Below are positions 1 through 12,453 of a stretch of 37,959 nucleotides of DNA, piece after piece. Numbering within the stretch: position 1 is the stretch's first letter; the number at the start of each line of letters is the position of its first letter. Origin of the DNA: Octopus bimaculoides. Lineage: Eukaryota. The translations under genes were made by a program, and so were the position numbers. The DNA lies in assembly GCF_001194135.2 (NCBI RefSeq), contig NC_068999.1, forward strand, positions 50,071,410 through 50,109,368, written 5' to 3'. The notes below the pieces were generated by a model. It had not been told where the DNA came from, did not search any database, and saw only the letters and a program-made list of their open reading frames with translations.

Positions 1-194
1 CCCCCCCCCGCGCTTCTACACCCAGACTGCCTTCCTGTTGCCAACCCTCACTTGATTCGAAGTAAGGTAGTATTTCTCAGGGGCCAGGCATGTTTTCAGG
101 GAAGATTGGAAACGAGGAACACCGCTTGGGTGACGGTGACTCTCATTTAGGAGTCGAGCAAACCCCTGAACCTGCATGTAGTCAGCTTCTTTCA

Positions 195-550
195 GTTTGC
201 TTCCCAACCCTTGTGGTTTCAGGTTCAGTCCCACTGTATGGCACATTTAGCAAGTATTTTCTTTTATAGCTCTAAGCTGACCAAAATTTTGAGTGGCCTC
301 AGTAGGTAGAAACTGCATGAAATCCATTTGTGCGTATGGTCTTGACTCGTGCTTCTTATAAATGGATGTCAGTCATTTCTGATATGCAAAAACTTGTTTG
401 GCCATGAGGAAATATTACCTTACTTAGACACAGGTAATAGTTAGCAACAGGAAGGACGTTTGGCCATAGAAAATCTGCCGTAATAAACTGCATCCTACCC
501 ATGCAAACATGGAAAAGCAGACATTAAAACAATGGTAGTGGTGATGATGA
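195..550 (+). mobile_element. CORE-type SINE, tail type B (RTE-like 3' end), diverged
   Basis: GGTTCAGTCCCACTGTATGGCAC head followed by AACAGGAAGG...ATAGAAAATCTGCC...CCCATGCAAACATGGAAAAG and a TGA repeat end. Confidence 0.75.
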
Positions 551-1130
551 TAAACATATGTATGCAACTTGGTTTCTGACCACAAAATCCCAATCTAGTT
601 ACTAACTAGTCATCTGAGTGCCATAATGGCAGGCACTTAACCCAACCCAATGTGCCATGCAGAAGCATCAAACCTAGAACTATGCGACTGTGAAGTAAGC
701 TTTGTAAAAATCCCCCCTCAGCCATCATGTAATTATCAACATTCCAGTAGCAAAAATACTTCTACTCCACCTGCACAGTTAAATGAAATTGTTGGTTAGA
801 CATTGTGGGCAATGAAGATCTCACCAAGACTTTTTGCCTAGGCAAAGCATATACACAAGTTTCTTTCTTAAATATTCATGCTTGTTTTCAGACTTGTGTT
901 AGTCCTTGTTCCATTACGTTCTGAGCACTATAAAGCTTTCTTTTCATAAGTTCTAAGTTACTTTGGTAGTTGGAAAAAAAAAAATTAAGAATGTGCATAT
1001 CTTATATGAAACATGGATACCAGGGAAATATGTCCCGTGTATCAAACACAGGACAGGCAAAGGGTTTGTAAAATGTCTGTAGATGGTTGAATCCACATCA
1101 ATGTGTTTATATCGAATGTGGCAGGTTTTT

Positions 1131-1600
1131 AACAAGCAAAGTAGCTAGTTAGGAAACCTATACTAAGAAGTAATGCTTATTGCCACATCAATATGGCTGT
1201 TCTGTAGGAATCGGTGTCACTACCATTTTTAACCCCATCCTATGGAACCACCATATTGATGTGGTGATAAACATTACTTCTCAATATAGTTACTACTTTC
1301 ATCTCTTAGAGAGATTTTTCTAACTAGCTACTTTGCTTGTTGCATGATCAGTGACGAATTGTTGCTTGGTTTTCTATATATCAAGCAAGCTGGAGCGAAT
1401 TGTTGTTACCTCTAGCAGACGGGTGTTCACCACTGACAATGGACACAAATAGCCCAAAACTATATGGTCTGGTGATCCCGTCCGGTGCAGATTGCATTGA
1501 TTGCCAGCTGGAGGAGGCACCTCTTGGAGTTAAAAACAGTAGTGACACTCACTCCAATGGAACAGCCAATATTGATGTAGCAATAATAAGCATTACTTCT
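1131..1600. mobile_element. Fold-back element / MITE-like repeat
   Basis: Perfect 22-bp inverted repeat 1131-1152 / 1320-1341. An internal motif at 1166-1223 is inverted at 1251-1280 and again at 1539-1600. Confidence 0.65.
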
Positions 1601-2515
1601 TGTTGCATATTTTGTTTCTCTTTAATCAATAATTTAGACAATGTTTCTATTTTCTTCTTCATAAGCAATTTCTTAATGATAAAAGAGAGAAAAACATTGC
1701 ATTTATACTTTTTTTGTATTTATCTTGCCTCGGCAATGAAAATATATTAAAACAGTCCAAAAGTTAAATTTGAGTAATAAGTTATCTTAAGGATAATTTG
1801 CTTAGAATATGCTATTAATGTCACCATATTACTGCAGGGTTTATACTTATTTTAAATACAAAAATACAAAGCTATGTACTAATGGAGTTGGATTCTGTTT
1901 CATTACATTATATTTTGTCTCTTATGGGCATTGTTAAATTGAAAGAAATACTTTGTTCTACACAATTAATTAGAACACCACCATATAATTGTAAAGTTAC
2001 ATTGCTTTGGATTAATTTAACCAACACAGCATGCTAGGCAGTTGGGTTAAGCTGGTTATTATTGTGTGGCGAGTAATATAATTTAGTTTTTTAAACTATA
2101 TTACCAAATAAGCCAATAAAATCTTTACTTTGTGTTTGTTCTATTTCTGTAGTGGGGGGTGTTTTGTTTGATTAGATATATTTAAAATAGAAGTGGATGT
2201 AATAGATAAAAACTGTTCATTCATCTATTTTATTCTTTTTCTTTTTTCTTTAAAGCAAAGATAAAAGATTTGATAATTAGAAAAAAAAAAAAAAACCCAC
2301 AAGGTGGTTGCCAAGCAAAAGTTTAAGTACTTTATGAAGTCTGTAATTTTGGAACCCACCTTGCTGGTTTTAATTATAAAGTGATCTGGTTGTGTTCTGT
2401 TAAGTATTAAACACTTAAATTCTCATGCCAAGATGGAAGTTAAAATAAAATCTCTAGGGAGAGCTGAACAATTGAAGGTCTTCGTGCAAGTTTTGACCCT
2501 TCTTACACTCTAAGG

Positions 2516-2711
2516 CAGGGGTTCTCAACCATTTGTCTATGGACCCCTTTGATTACTGTTGTATTCTGGTGGACCCCCATAGCCATTCAGTGTTTAAAAA
2601 CTAGTTTTATAGAAACGTATCTAAAGCAAAACTTATTCAGGGGCCTTTCAAATACTATTGTGAATCCCCAATTTACTATTGTTGCATGGGGGTCCCAGTT
2701 GAGAACCCCTG
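2516..2711. mobile_element. hAT-type MITE (196 bp)
   Basis: TIRs CAGGGGTTCTCAAC...GTTGAGAACCCCTG and a perfect 8-bp TSD CTCTAAGG (2508-2515 and 2712-2719). Confidence 0.92.
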
Positions 2712-2746
2712 CTCTAAGGGGACCATGACTCCTGGGTATCCCTCTG

Positions 2747-3067
2747 CTACTTTCCTGTGCTTGTCTGCATTGCAGCCCTCCTGGAGCCACAATACCTTGA
2801 ATATTGTAACCAGATCAGTCTAAGATGGTAGTTGGCCTGTAGGGTGAATTGTGGCCTCTGGAAATCTACTTCCATTCCACTTTGACCAGATCCAGTTGGG
2901 AATCTTCTCAGCTGATTTACTTTCTCCCAGAAAATGAGTAATTTCATGAGGTCACTTGCAGAATTGTAAATACCTCTGATTTCTGCTGTCCAGTGTACCT
3001 GATCTTTCACTGTCCAGACCTTTCTGAGAAGCCTCTTCTCATACACTCTCAAGTTTAAGACACACAA
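2747..3067 (-). mobile_element. Decayed non-LTR retrotransposon (RTE-like) RT C-terminal fragment
   Basis: The ORF contains LRVYEKRLLRKVW...IRGIYNS, resembling the LRVFERKILRRI...RIRYN motif. The rest is degenerate. Confidence 0.45.
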
Positions 3068-4685
3068 AATGTGACTACATAAGTTTTAGCCATTTCCATT
3101 TCATGCTGTATGACAGACGTGCTGCTTTCTACATTTTCTCCCTTCTATTGAAATTTAAATGATTTCTACATACTGAAGTTTGACACTTCACTCTCTATCT
3201 ATGTCTGAGATACTAAAAGAAGCATTGTTTTTATGGGAAATGAGAGAGGAATGGAAGATAGTTTTATAGTTTGCAGATTGCATGCATTGAGTTTTAGATG
3301 GCAGCAAAGTTAAACACTTTATAGAAGTCATTTTTCAGAAATTGACAGCTTAGGTTAGAATTTTAATTTTTTGTTTTCTTTCTTGACAGCACTCGTTAAT
3401 TCAGAAGGTAAATGGTAGAACACACACACATTTATATATATAGCAAAGTAGTAGAAAAGAGAAAAAAAAAATGGGTTGCTATTAGTTAGTTCATTTGTAA
3501 ATAGGCAGAGATTCTGGTTGTATCTGTTTCAGTGTCTTTTTTAGCTTCAAAATGAGTAATAGGGTGAGTAACATTTGAAACCTATAGCAAATATTCATTT
3601 ATATTGAGGAGCTGTCATTCTCAAAATGCTCAGAATTTGTGATGTGACGCTGTTATCTAAGTCTTGTGAACAACATACAATCTATGCTTTTGGCTCTGTA
3701 CTTTAAGACAAATTCACTGCCTGGTAACCAGATAGCATTGTCTAAATATTCTGGTAAGGTGTATTGAAGTTTTCTTGTTGATATCACCGCTAATGATAAA
3801 CGGGTCTTTATTAGATGAAAGTATTGTCTTTATGAGTAGCAAATATAATTGTGTATTTCAACTGAGATGCTGTGGCACCTTAGCTTAACTGCCAATTTGT
3901 CAAGTTTATAGTACAACAATAAATTTCTTAGATCATCCATTAGCCATCCTGCTTTTATTAATGTTTAACTGTCAATTCAATTAAGTCTTCAATTCTAATC
4001 TACCGAGATTGTTGTTTCAATGTACAGTGTTAGATTTAACTCTATATGTCTCTGGTCACTTATTCATTTGGGAATGCACACTGTTTTCTTTGATTCTTGT
4101 CTACTTAATCTCATTCAAAGTTGAGTTGAAACCCTTTGTCTTTCAAGGTTTAGAAAGCATTTTCATATCTAATTTGTTTGGAATATTGATAGTGAGAATG
4201 TCATAGGCTTTGCTGTTTGAATTGCTTTTCATACAACACAGCTCAGGTAGTAGCTCTCTAACTGTAGCTTGAACACTCTTCTTCCTCTGGAGACTGCAAA
4301 CTGTAGATAAGGGAGCTTTGTCAAAGTACTTGACAAACTGTGATTTCCTTAGTTTTGGCATGCTAGAAAATATATAAATTCCTCTGCTCAGCTGTCATTC
4401 GACCTCTTAAAAATAACTGCTAAGTTATCCTCTCAATCCTCTATTTTAACAAAGGAAAGGTACACAAAATACAACCCTGGATATGCCACATAGCGGTGGT
4501 GGTGATCATGGCTGGAACAACTTTAATCATAGACTGTTCAACTAGTGTTGACCTCACACTAAACACATTCTATGATTTGAACTTTTGTTCACAAGCTGGT
4601 GATTTAATTACCTTATCCATTTAGCCACTTTTCTCTTACGGTTTCATATAGCATGGTTCTGCAATCACACATGATCTTTTTATCT

Positions 4686-5012
4686 TTTACTTTTTACTTG
4701 TTTCAGTCATTGGACTGCAACCGCACTGGGGCACCACCTTGAAGGGTTTAGTCAAAGAAATTAACCCCATTACTTGATTTTTAAGTCTGGGAGTTATTCT
4801 GTCAGTCTTTGCTGACCTGTTAAGTTACAAGGACATAAACAAACTAACACTGGAACACAAGTTGTCAAGCAGTAGTGGGACACAAACAGGCTTCTTTTAG
4901 TTACTGTCTACCAAATCCATTCATTAAGCTCTGCTTAGCCTAAGGCTATAGCAGAAGATGCTTATCCAAGGTATCATGCAGTGGGACTGAACCTGGAACC
5001 ATGTGGTTGGGA
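4686..5012 (-). mobile_element. CORE-type SINE, tail type A variant, diverged
   Basis: TTACTTGTTTCAGTCATT...GCACCACCTTGAAGG...CAGTGGGACTGAACC. Confidence 0.85.
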
Positions 5013-5649
5013 GTGCACCACAAAAATGTAGTTTCATTTGAAATGCTTTTGCAGAGGGTCTTTGCATCCCACCAACAACATTTCATGATGCAACCCTCTT
5101 AACCTATATATTCCCATAAAAAAAAAAAAAAAGTCCTAAAATTTCACTGTATTTAGATTAAACGTTTATGGTAAGCTTTCACAATCTGGAGGAGAAGGAC
5201 AGTATGCAGCTGTTCGCTATGGGTGTCGACTGCCTACTGGACATTTCTTATGCTCAGTCAGATGCTTCCCAGCGAGTTCATATCCAAACAAGTAGGAGCA
5301 GGTTTTGCATTGTGAAAATGCAACCAAGGGTATATATGGGTTAATCCAGAGCTATCTGATGGCTTTCTCTGAGGCTTCACGTGCAGGACTGAAGGGTTTC
5401 CTTCTTTCAAATGCAATTGGATGAGAACTTTGCAGAGTGAGTGTCCTGCAAAACTTCTCTGTAAACCATCTCTGTAATCTGGAGATTTTCCCCCTACACG
5501 AGCTGCTTAATTGTTCAGCTGATTTTTACCAAAGCAAATGGACCTTTCATCAGACTTGAATGAATATCCCAATTGTCTGATGGACTGGGCTACCTGTTCA
5601 TTAAATTTAATTTTAAGTGGCTGAGTATTCTACGTACTAGTACTCTTGA

Positions 5650-5735
5650 CCCTTTAGCATTCAGATTACTTTGTCAGAATGATGTTGCAGGGTAAGTGTA
5701 AGAGGCTGGATATGGCTAGTTTAAATGCTAAAGGG
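5650..5735 (-). mobile_element. piggyBac-like MITE, internally deleted (86 bp)
   Basis: Both ends present (CCCTTTAGCATTCAGATTAC / TTTAAATGCTAAAGGG), middle missing. Confidence 0.8.
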
Positions 5736-6346
5736 ATAAACTTAATCCATCCAGCAGAACTGGTGGAATAACACAATGTCTAAGACCAGTTTTTTGAAAC
5801 CTGTACAGTCTGACAGGATTTTTGCACAGTTTCCATTTTCCTAATTTTTACTCTTGTTTAGATCAACTCAAAAGCTGTGGTTTGGTGCCATACAGTCGCT
5901 GAATTATGGATCTGTAGATTTATGCTGTTAACACCACTCCTTAGCTCTCCATAGATTACATATTATTAATAGAATGGTATAAATAAATCAACAGTAACAT
6001 ATGATGGTATTAAAAGTTGTTCTTGTGTCAAACATTAAAAGTTAGCCAAGCCCAGCATTGTAGTTTAACCATAGGTCAATCCTGATGAAGCAGATCTATG
6101 ATCAAGTGTTTTAGAATTGTGACCATCCTGCCTATTTTAAAGGCAATAAATCTACGTTTTACCTAATGCCCCTTTCCTCTTATCTTATAGACAGTACAGT
6201 GTGATTTCAGAGCAATTTGGTTGCTTTTTCTAGCTGGTCAAAACAACCACATAGAGGTTTCCTCATTGGATTTTAATGTTGTATATCATAGGCACGCGTG
6301 TGTGCACACACACCATCTTTTTTTTTTGTCTTTGCTTTTTTGAATC

Positions 6347-6377
<31 letters not shown>

Positions 6378-6594
6378 ATAATTGTCTACCATTTAACTTG
6401 TAATGACAGTAATTTTCGCATGGCTCGTGCCCTATTCTGACAAGTTGTTTGCCAACAACCGCCAGTTAACTTCTCTCCATTTCATGCCCCTGTAAAGGTT
6501 ATTCTCTTCTGTTTGAATGTCACCGTTCTCTCTTAACTGATCAAATTAGTTCTCTATTAGCTCTCAATTTATACTATTTTATATATGTTTGTCT

Positions 6595-6628
<34 letters not shown>

Positions 6629-6851
6629 GTGAGTCTGTGTGTATAAAATAAACGCGCACATTCATAATGGCACTTGTTAAGGCATTTATCAGTGTATTTA
6701 GATTTGATTGCTGCTGTTCATTTTTTTTATCTATTTCCTATAGGATTGGTTTTTTTTTGTTTTTTTTTTTTGATATCTTTTGTTTTATTTTATTTTCCAT
6801 GTCTTTCTATTTTTCTGTTTGCTTATTATTTCTTTTTTTTATCTTCTGCAG

Positions 6852-6985
6852 AGATAGCACGGATACGCTCCTCATTGTTCCATCACAAAGGAAACAGCAG
6901 GGAATCTTTACCCTTACCTGCATCAGATGGTCAAGCAGTCACATTATCACAGAAACTTTATGTACCTGTCAAAGAACACCCTGAT
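6852..6985 (+). CDS. qki: qki exon 2 (phase 1 to 0): (E)IARIRSSLFHHKGNSRESLPLPASDGQAVTLSQKLYVPVKEHPD
   Basis: Acceptor ttctgcag|AG, donor GAT|gtaagt. KLYVPVKEHPD matches QKI KLYVPVKEYPD. Confidence 0.95.
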
Positions 6986-7029
6986 GTAAGTATTATACCC
7001 CTTATTTCTGCTTGGTTATATCTTTGTTA

Positions 7030-7405
7030 TAGATATCATTTAATGTCCACTTTTCCATGCTTTCATGGGCCAGACAATAGAATTTGTTGAGGCAGATTTT
7101 CTACAGCTTGACACTTTTCCTGTCACCAATTCTAACCTGTTTTCCAAGTAAGGTAGTACTTTCCCATAGTTTTTCTTGGAAGACTGGGGGGAAAAAAACA
7201 AACCCTTACTTGTATGATGCTCATTTACAACCATCACATACAGTCAAGACGGATACCCACTCACACATACACAAGCTTCTTTCCATTTCCATCTGCCATA
7301 TCCACTTATAAGGCTCTGATTAGCTCAGCGCTATAGTAGAAGACCAACCTAAGGTACTACACTATGGAACTGAACCGGAGATCACATAGTTGAGAAGCAA
7401 GCTTC
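7030..7405 (-). mobile_element. CORE-type SINE, tail type B, just downstream of exon 2
   Basis: TTTTCCATGC...GGCAGATTTTCTAC...TTCCAAGTAAGG, then CTTCTTAACCACACAGCCA. Confidence 0.75.
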
Positions 7406-8159
7406 TTAACCACACAGCCATGCCTCTGCCTTTTTTCCCCCCCACCCCACAGATACCAACCTTGTTTCCAAGTATAGCAGCTTTATTCCAATGGTCATTT
7501 GCTTGTCAAACAACTATGGTGTGGGGCATAAATATCACTGCAGCTTAGGCAGTCTCAAAGGATAAGCACACGGACAGCCAACACACACATTTGCACAACT
7601 GGCTTCCATACAGTTTCAGCTAAATTTTACTCATTGGGTATTGGTGAACCCAAAGCCATAGAGCTAAAGGATATACATATCCATTGGATTAAAACAGCAA
7701 AACTGGTAGAACGGTAAATCGAGAAGAGGGGAAATGTTTTATATTCAAAACAAATCCTAAATTTGATAGCCTTTTCAATTGTGCCTGCTCATATTTGAGA
7801 TCATTCTCCGACCTTCTGCAAGTATAATTAAATCCTACACTTAATGTTAGATGGCCTTCCATATAGTTTTCATTGACTAAATTTCATTCACAAAACATTA
7901 GTCTGCCCTTTACTACAGTAGAAACTGTATGAGATGGAACCCCCCACACACACACATAAGAAAAAGCATGATAAACACTAGATATAAATATTTTTGCATT
8001 TTACCATTTAGTTATTTGCATCTTGTGTTTATCATGCTTTTCCCAACATTTGCTCTGTATATTGTAATTGGTAATCCTGCTAAGTAGCAGCTGCAGCACA
8101 TTGCTGCAAGCAGTGGTTGATAATGCTCTGTGTGGAGCTCTAAACTCCATAGTGGCAGT

Positions 8160-8460
8160 CATACATGTCTGCATGAGTTAGATGGAACTCGCTGAGGCAG
8201 ATTTTCTTTTTTATAGCTGGGGATCCTTTCTTTTGCCAGTCCTGACCTGTTTTCATGAAAGGTTGGGAATGAACAATACCAGTTGTAGAGCAAGACGAGG
8301 AGGAAAACGCACACATACATACAATGGGATTTTTTTCAGCTTCAGTTTACCAAATCCAGTCAAGTCTTTAGTTGGTCTAGAACTATAATAGCCAAGGTGC
8401 CATGCAGTGGGACTGAACCCAAACCACATTGAGAAACAAACTTGACTTCACAGCCCATGC
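8160..8460 (-). mobile_element. CORE-type SINE, tail type B, diverged
   Basis: GGCAGATTTTC...CCAAATCCA...CCAAGGTGCCATGCAGTGGGACTGAACCC. Confidence 0.7.
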
Positions 8461-8687
8461 CTATCATGTGTATGTATGTGATATGTGAAATGCCAGTAGC
8501 AGAAATGAACTCATGACCCAGTTGTTTGGTACACCCTGACACGTGTCTGTTTCGACTCACAAAGTGTATGTGTGTGTGTACACACAATATAACCAGTATT
8601 CTCAAATTAATGCAAACCACTTTTACAGGGATGTAAACAAGTCAACACTGGTTGTCAAACAATGGTGGGTGGGGTAACGGTAATATA

Positions 8688-8898
8688 CAAGGGGGTGCTG
8701 AAAAGTTCCTGGTTTTTAGGGAAATCACAAAAGGTCTGGTTGGAGGTCCAGCCTTCCAAGTTCTTTTACAGAGCTTAGAAAAATTGAAGGACCGCTGCAA
8801 TAAGTGTATGAATCTGCGAGGGAACTATATTCAATAAAATCTTAACTGATCCTCCTGTATTTTTTACCCAAAACCAGGAATATTCCAGTACACCCTCA
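8688..8898 (+). mobile_element. Mariner-derived non-autonomous element (211 bp) retaining the transposase C-terminus
   Basis: TA-flanked imperfect TIRs (CAAGGGGGTGCTGAAAAGTTCCTGG / CCAGGAATATTCCAGTACACCCTCA). The internal frame LEKLKDRCNKCMNLRGNYIQ* resembles the mariner transposase end (RWxKCIxxxGxYVE). Confidence 0.8.
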
Positions 8899-9125
8899 TA
8901 TAGACACACACATATATGCAACAGGCTTCTACAGAGTTTCCATCTACCTAATTCACTCATAAGGCATCAGTTGGCTTAGGGTACTAATTGAAGACACCCC
9001 AAGATGCCTGACTACGAGACTGAATCCCCAGAACCATATGGTTGCATAGTGAGCTGATAGACTTTCAATTGACATTTGATTGTCTCAGGCAATGTGATGT
9101 GTATAAAGAAGTTTTGTGTTATTAA

Positions 9126-9339
9126 CCCTTTAGCATTTAAACCAGCCATATATATCTGGCCTAAATATTCTACCTGTTATGTTCAAACTGACCAGATCTG
9201 GCCTCTCACACCTACCCTGCAATGTCCTAAAAATAAGCAATTTTGTGAAAATCTCAAAGCTGCAAGATGATGCATGATTAATTCAAATTAAAATGAATAA
9301 ATAATCGTTACATTTGACAGTAATCTGAGTGTTAAAGGG
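9126..9339 (+). mobile_element. piggyBac-like MITE (TTAA|CCCTTTAGCATT...AAAGGG|TTAA), full copy
   Basis: TTAA at both flanks, CCC/GGG ends, internal sequence shared with other copies. Confidence 0.88.
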
Positions 9340-9441
9340 TTAAAAATGTATGAACTTTGAAAAGTTATTTGTATTCTCGGAGTGTCCTTCTAAAATGTTT
9401 TGTATACTGTCAGGTTAATAAGATCATTGGGGATTAATTAG

Positions 9442-9654
9442 CCCTTTAGCATTTAAACTGGCCATATCCGGTCAAAATATTCCTGTTTTAGGGTTTCAAA
9501 ATGAGTAGATCTGGCCTCTTAAACTAACCCTACAATATCATTCTAAAAATGAATTTATCTCTTCAAAAATCTCAAAGCTACAAAATAATGCATGGTTCCT
9601 TCAAAACAATCTGAATAAATAAGCATTACTTCTGACAATGTGTATGCGAAAGGG
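9442..9654 (+). mobile_element. piggyBac-like MITE, full-length diverged copy
   Basis: TTAG|CCCTTTAGCATTTAAA...GAAAGGG|TTGA, colinear with the 9126 copy. Confidence 0.82.
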
Positions 9655-10000
9655 TTGAGGAATTAGATCCTTATACACAGAAATGTCCTGATGCCATAAC
9701 CCTGCCTCCTCCCCCACCTGAACAGAAATCCATTTAGTTTAGTGCATATTTTTTCCTACCTCCACTGTCTTAACCTCCTTTTCTCCACTACATGCACTGC
9801 ATTATGGGTAATGTCGTATTGCTCTTATCTCGACTCTATCATAGCTTCTTCCCAATCTAAGATAACAAACAAAATTCCCAGAACTTCATAACTTGGCAAT
9901 GACCTTATATGGTTGTCAATTCACGATTTTTTTTTGATTTTTTAAAATCCTTTTTGGAATGGATAGCAGGCTGCTTAGAAAAGTGGTTCCTATTAGTTAA

Positions 10001-10140
10001 CCCTTTCGTTACTCTATTTCTACTGAAATGCTTTAATTTTTGAAAATATATTTAGTAAAACAATTTTTCTGTCATTATTAAGCTGGTTCAAGAACATAAA
10101 TTTGACAGGGAATTTTGAAAGAGGTTTAATTTAGGTCACT
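10001..10140 (+). mobile_element. Possible left end of a second piggyBac-like MITE family
   Basis: TTAA|CCCTTTCGTTAC start with a different internal sequence. No right end found. Confidence 0.35.
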
Positions 10141-10318
10141 TCAAAAAAAAAAAAGGATTGCGCTGTAGAACAAGAGGCAAAAATGTTGATATCAAAAATG
10201 TCAGTATGAATTTAGTGAAAATGCACATTATTCAGTACTGATGGAGATGGCTATCTTTTTAGCTTTGATCCCTTCCTGCTATTGAAAACACAGTGGTGGA
10301 GTATTTATTTATTGCCTG

Positions 10319-10324
10319 CTTCTC

Positions 10325-10355
<31 letters not shown>

Positions 10356-10365
10356 CTTTCTCTCT

Positions 10366-10407
<42 letters not shown>
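10319..10407. repeat. (CT)n-rich microsatellite
   Basis: Direct reading. Confidence 0.95.
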
Positions 10408-10409
<2 letters not shown>

Positions 10410-10593
10410 CTGTTCCTCTCTTTCTCTATCTCTCTCAGAAGTGAGCAATACTGATGTTTGAACTAATAACCATGTAAACAGGTAGTCAAGCATCTTGCTC
10501 TTCAAATAAGAAAATATCTGTCCGAATGATTGTCTTTAGAGTACAATGGTCTGCTAGTTTTTGCACTGATGGTCCTGAGATAAGGTTTTCATA

Positions 10594-10948
10594 GATGCAG
10601 GAGTGGCTGTGTGGTAAGTAGCTTGCTTACCAACCACATGGTTCCGGGTTCAGTCCCACTGCGTGGCATCTTGGGCAAGTGTCTTCTACAATAGCCTCAG
10701 GCCAACCAAAGCCTTGTGAGTGGATTTGGTAGACAGAAACTGAAAAGAAGACGGTCGTATATATATGTATGTTTGTCTGTATTTGTTCCCTTAGCATTGC
10801 TTGACAACCGATGCTGGTGTGTTTATGTCCCCGTCACTTAGCGGTTCGGCAAAAGAAAGCAATAGAATGAGTACTAGGCTGACAAAGAATAAGTGCCGGG
10901 GTCGATTTGCTCAACTAAGGGCGGTGCTCCAGCATGGCCACAGTCAAA
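10594..10948 (+). mobile_element. tRNA-derived CORE-type SINE, tail type A
   Basis: Head with A/B-box-like GGAGTGGCTGTGTGGTAAG...GGTTCAGTCCC, CORE-like CTTGGGCAAGTGTCTT, internal microsatellite and a GGTGCTCCAGCATGGCC tail. Colinear with the 15523 and 27822 copies. Confidence 0.9.
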
Positions 10949-11629
10949 ACTGTTTGGGTACTTTATTAGGGGTTACTTAATTGGTTGTTTTATTTATTGG
11001 CCCTTAAAAGAGTAAAAAGCAAAGTTGACCTTGGTGTGGTTTCAATTCAGGGTACATACAGAAATCCAGGACAAGTAGAAGTCATTCTATGTATTCCCTT
11101 CAAATGGAAAGTAAATTCTTTATATTTTTGGCATTTCCTACATCTTGCTTTTGTCTAGGATCCTTTGACTAGAATTACTTACCAAGCTTTGTATTTGGTG
11201 AATGCAAATTACCAGAGTATTTGAAATGTCATGAAAACGAGGATTAAGTGTCGGTCATGTTTCCCATTAGAGATAAGAATTCTTTAGTCTTGGAGGATGT
11301 TATTACCTTCCTCCACTCTCTAAAATTACTTTTGAAATCGCTCCATAAATTCCTTTGGCATCATTTCTAACAATTTAGCCATTTTAAAGCCTGTAAAATG
11401 TGTTAAATGCTTCTACAGGTACATTTTTTTATCACAGGGATTTTATTCCAAAACAAAGCAAAAAGTGATAAACCATTTCCTTGCACTCTGTAGCTTCCTC
11501 CTCCTCCTCCTCCTCGACACCCTTCATTCAGTTGAGTGAGCTTTTCCCTTTTTCTGTGTGACAAATTACTTGGTAACCTCACTCAAGCTGTTGGCATATG
11601 CACGTGCGCACATACACAGTACATGCTGT

Positions 11630-11775
11630 GAATTGGTTGGTGTTAGGAAAGAGCATTCCAGTTGCAGAAACTATGCCAAGCTAACATTGGAGCTTGGCAC
11701 AGTCCTGCAGCTTGTCAGCTTCTGTCGAACTGTCCAACTCTTGTCACCATGGAAAATGGGTGTCAAATGGTCTAC
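11630..11775 (+). mobile_element. RTE-like LINE 3' end fragment, diverged
   Basis: GTTAGGAAAGAGCATTCCAGTTGCAGAAAC...GAACTGTCCAACTC...CATGGAAAATGG. Confidence 0.55.
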
Positions 11776-12079
11776 TAGAATAGATAGAGGATAGGTGGAG
11801 TTTTTCTCCAAAATTTTGGTTATCTGAAGTAGTTCCTCTTGTAGCTGGATGGTTCTCATACTGTCAAAGTAAAAACCAGTCAAGCTTCTGCAGTTGGATG
11901 AACTTAACTCGTTTGTCACCAAATTGTCTGAAATCTGTACATAGGTCTGGGATATAAAAGCTATCTGTTTTTAGTGTTAATTATTTTAAAATTTAAACTT
12001 TCCCTTAGTTTAAGAAATATTGTTTCAAACACCTGGTTTTTTAAATTATTTGTTATTTAGGCAGAATGCTAGCTAGCAA

Positions 12080-12232
12080 TGGGGAGGTGGGAGTTGGTCA
12101 ATTACATTGACCCCTGCCACTTGTAATTTATTTTGTCGGCCCTGGAGGAACAAAAGGTGAAGCTGACTTTGGCAGGATTTGAACTCACAACCTCCCCACA
12201 ACCTGCTTTAATCATTCTGCCAGCTTGCCACA
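12080..12232 (-). mobile_element. Second SINE family, partial
   Basis: CAATTACATTGACCCC...GGATTTGAACTCAC...ATTCTGCCAGCTTGCCAC is the reverse complement of the family. Confidence 0.72.
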
Positions 12233-12453
12233 TTAGACCCGATTAATGAGTGCAGTTATTTTACATCACTAAATCTCAAAATCTGGATTATTTTCCAAAA
12301 AGGCTGAATTTGGCAACCTTCCAGTGGGTATCAGACCAAAAAATTAGAGCAAGGGGAGCAATGCCTGTTGTCCCAGAAGCCCAAGACAGACCATCACAGA
12401 TTGATTTATATACTGACTGCTGATCACCTATCATTTTAATGTAACATCTTAAA

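Noticed and set aside
1-6851. qki exon 1 (QUA1, ...LLDE ending in phase 1) inside the window
   Set aside because: I found no matching frame with a donor, so it must lie upstream.
10594-10670. SINE heads as tRNA genes
   Set aside because: They have A/B-box-like motifs but continue into CORE and tail sequence and lack a full cloverleaf.
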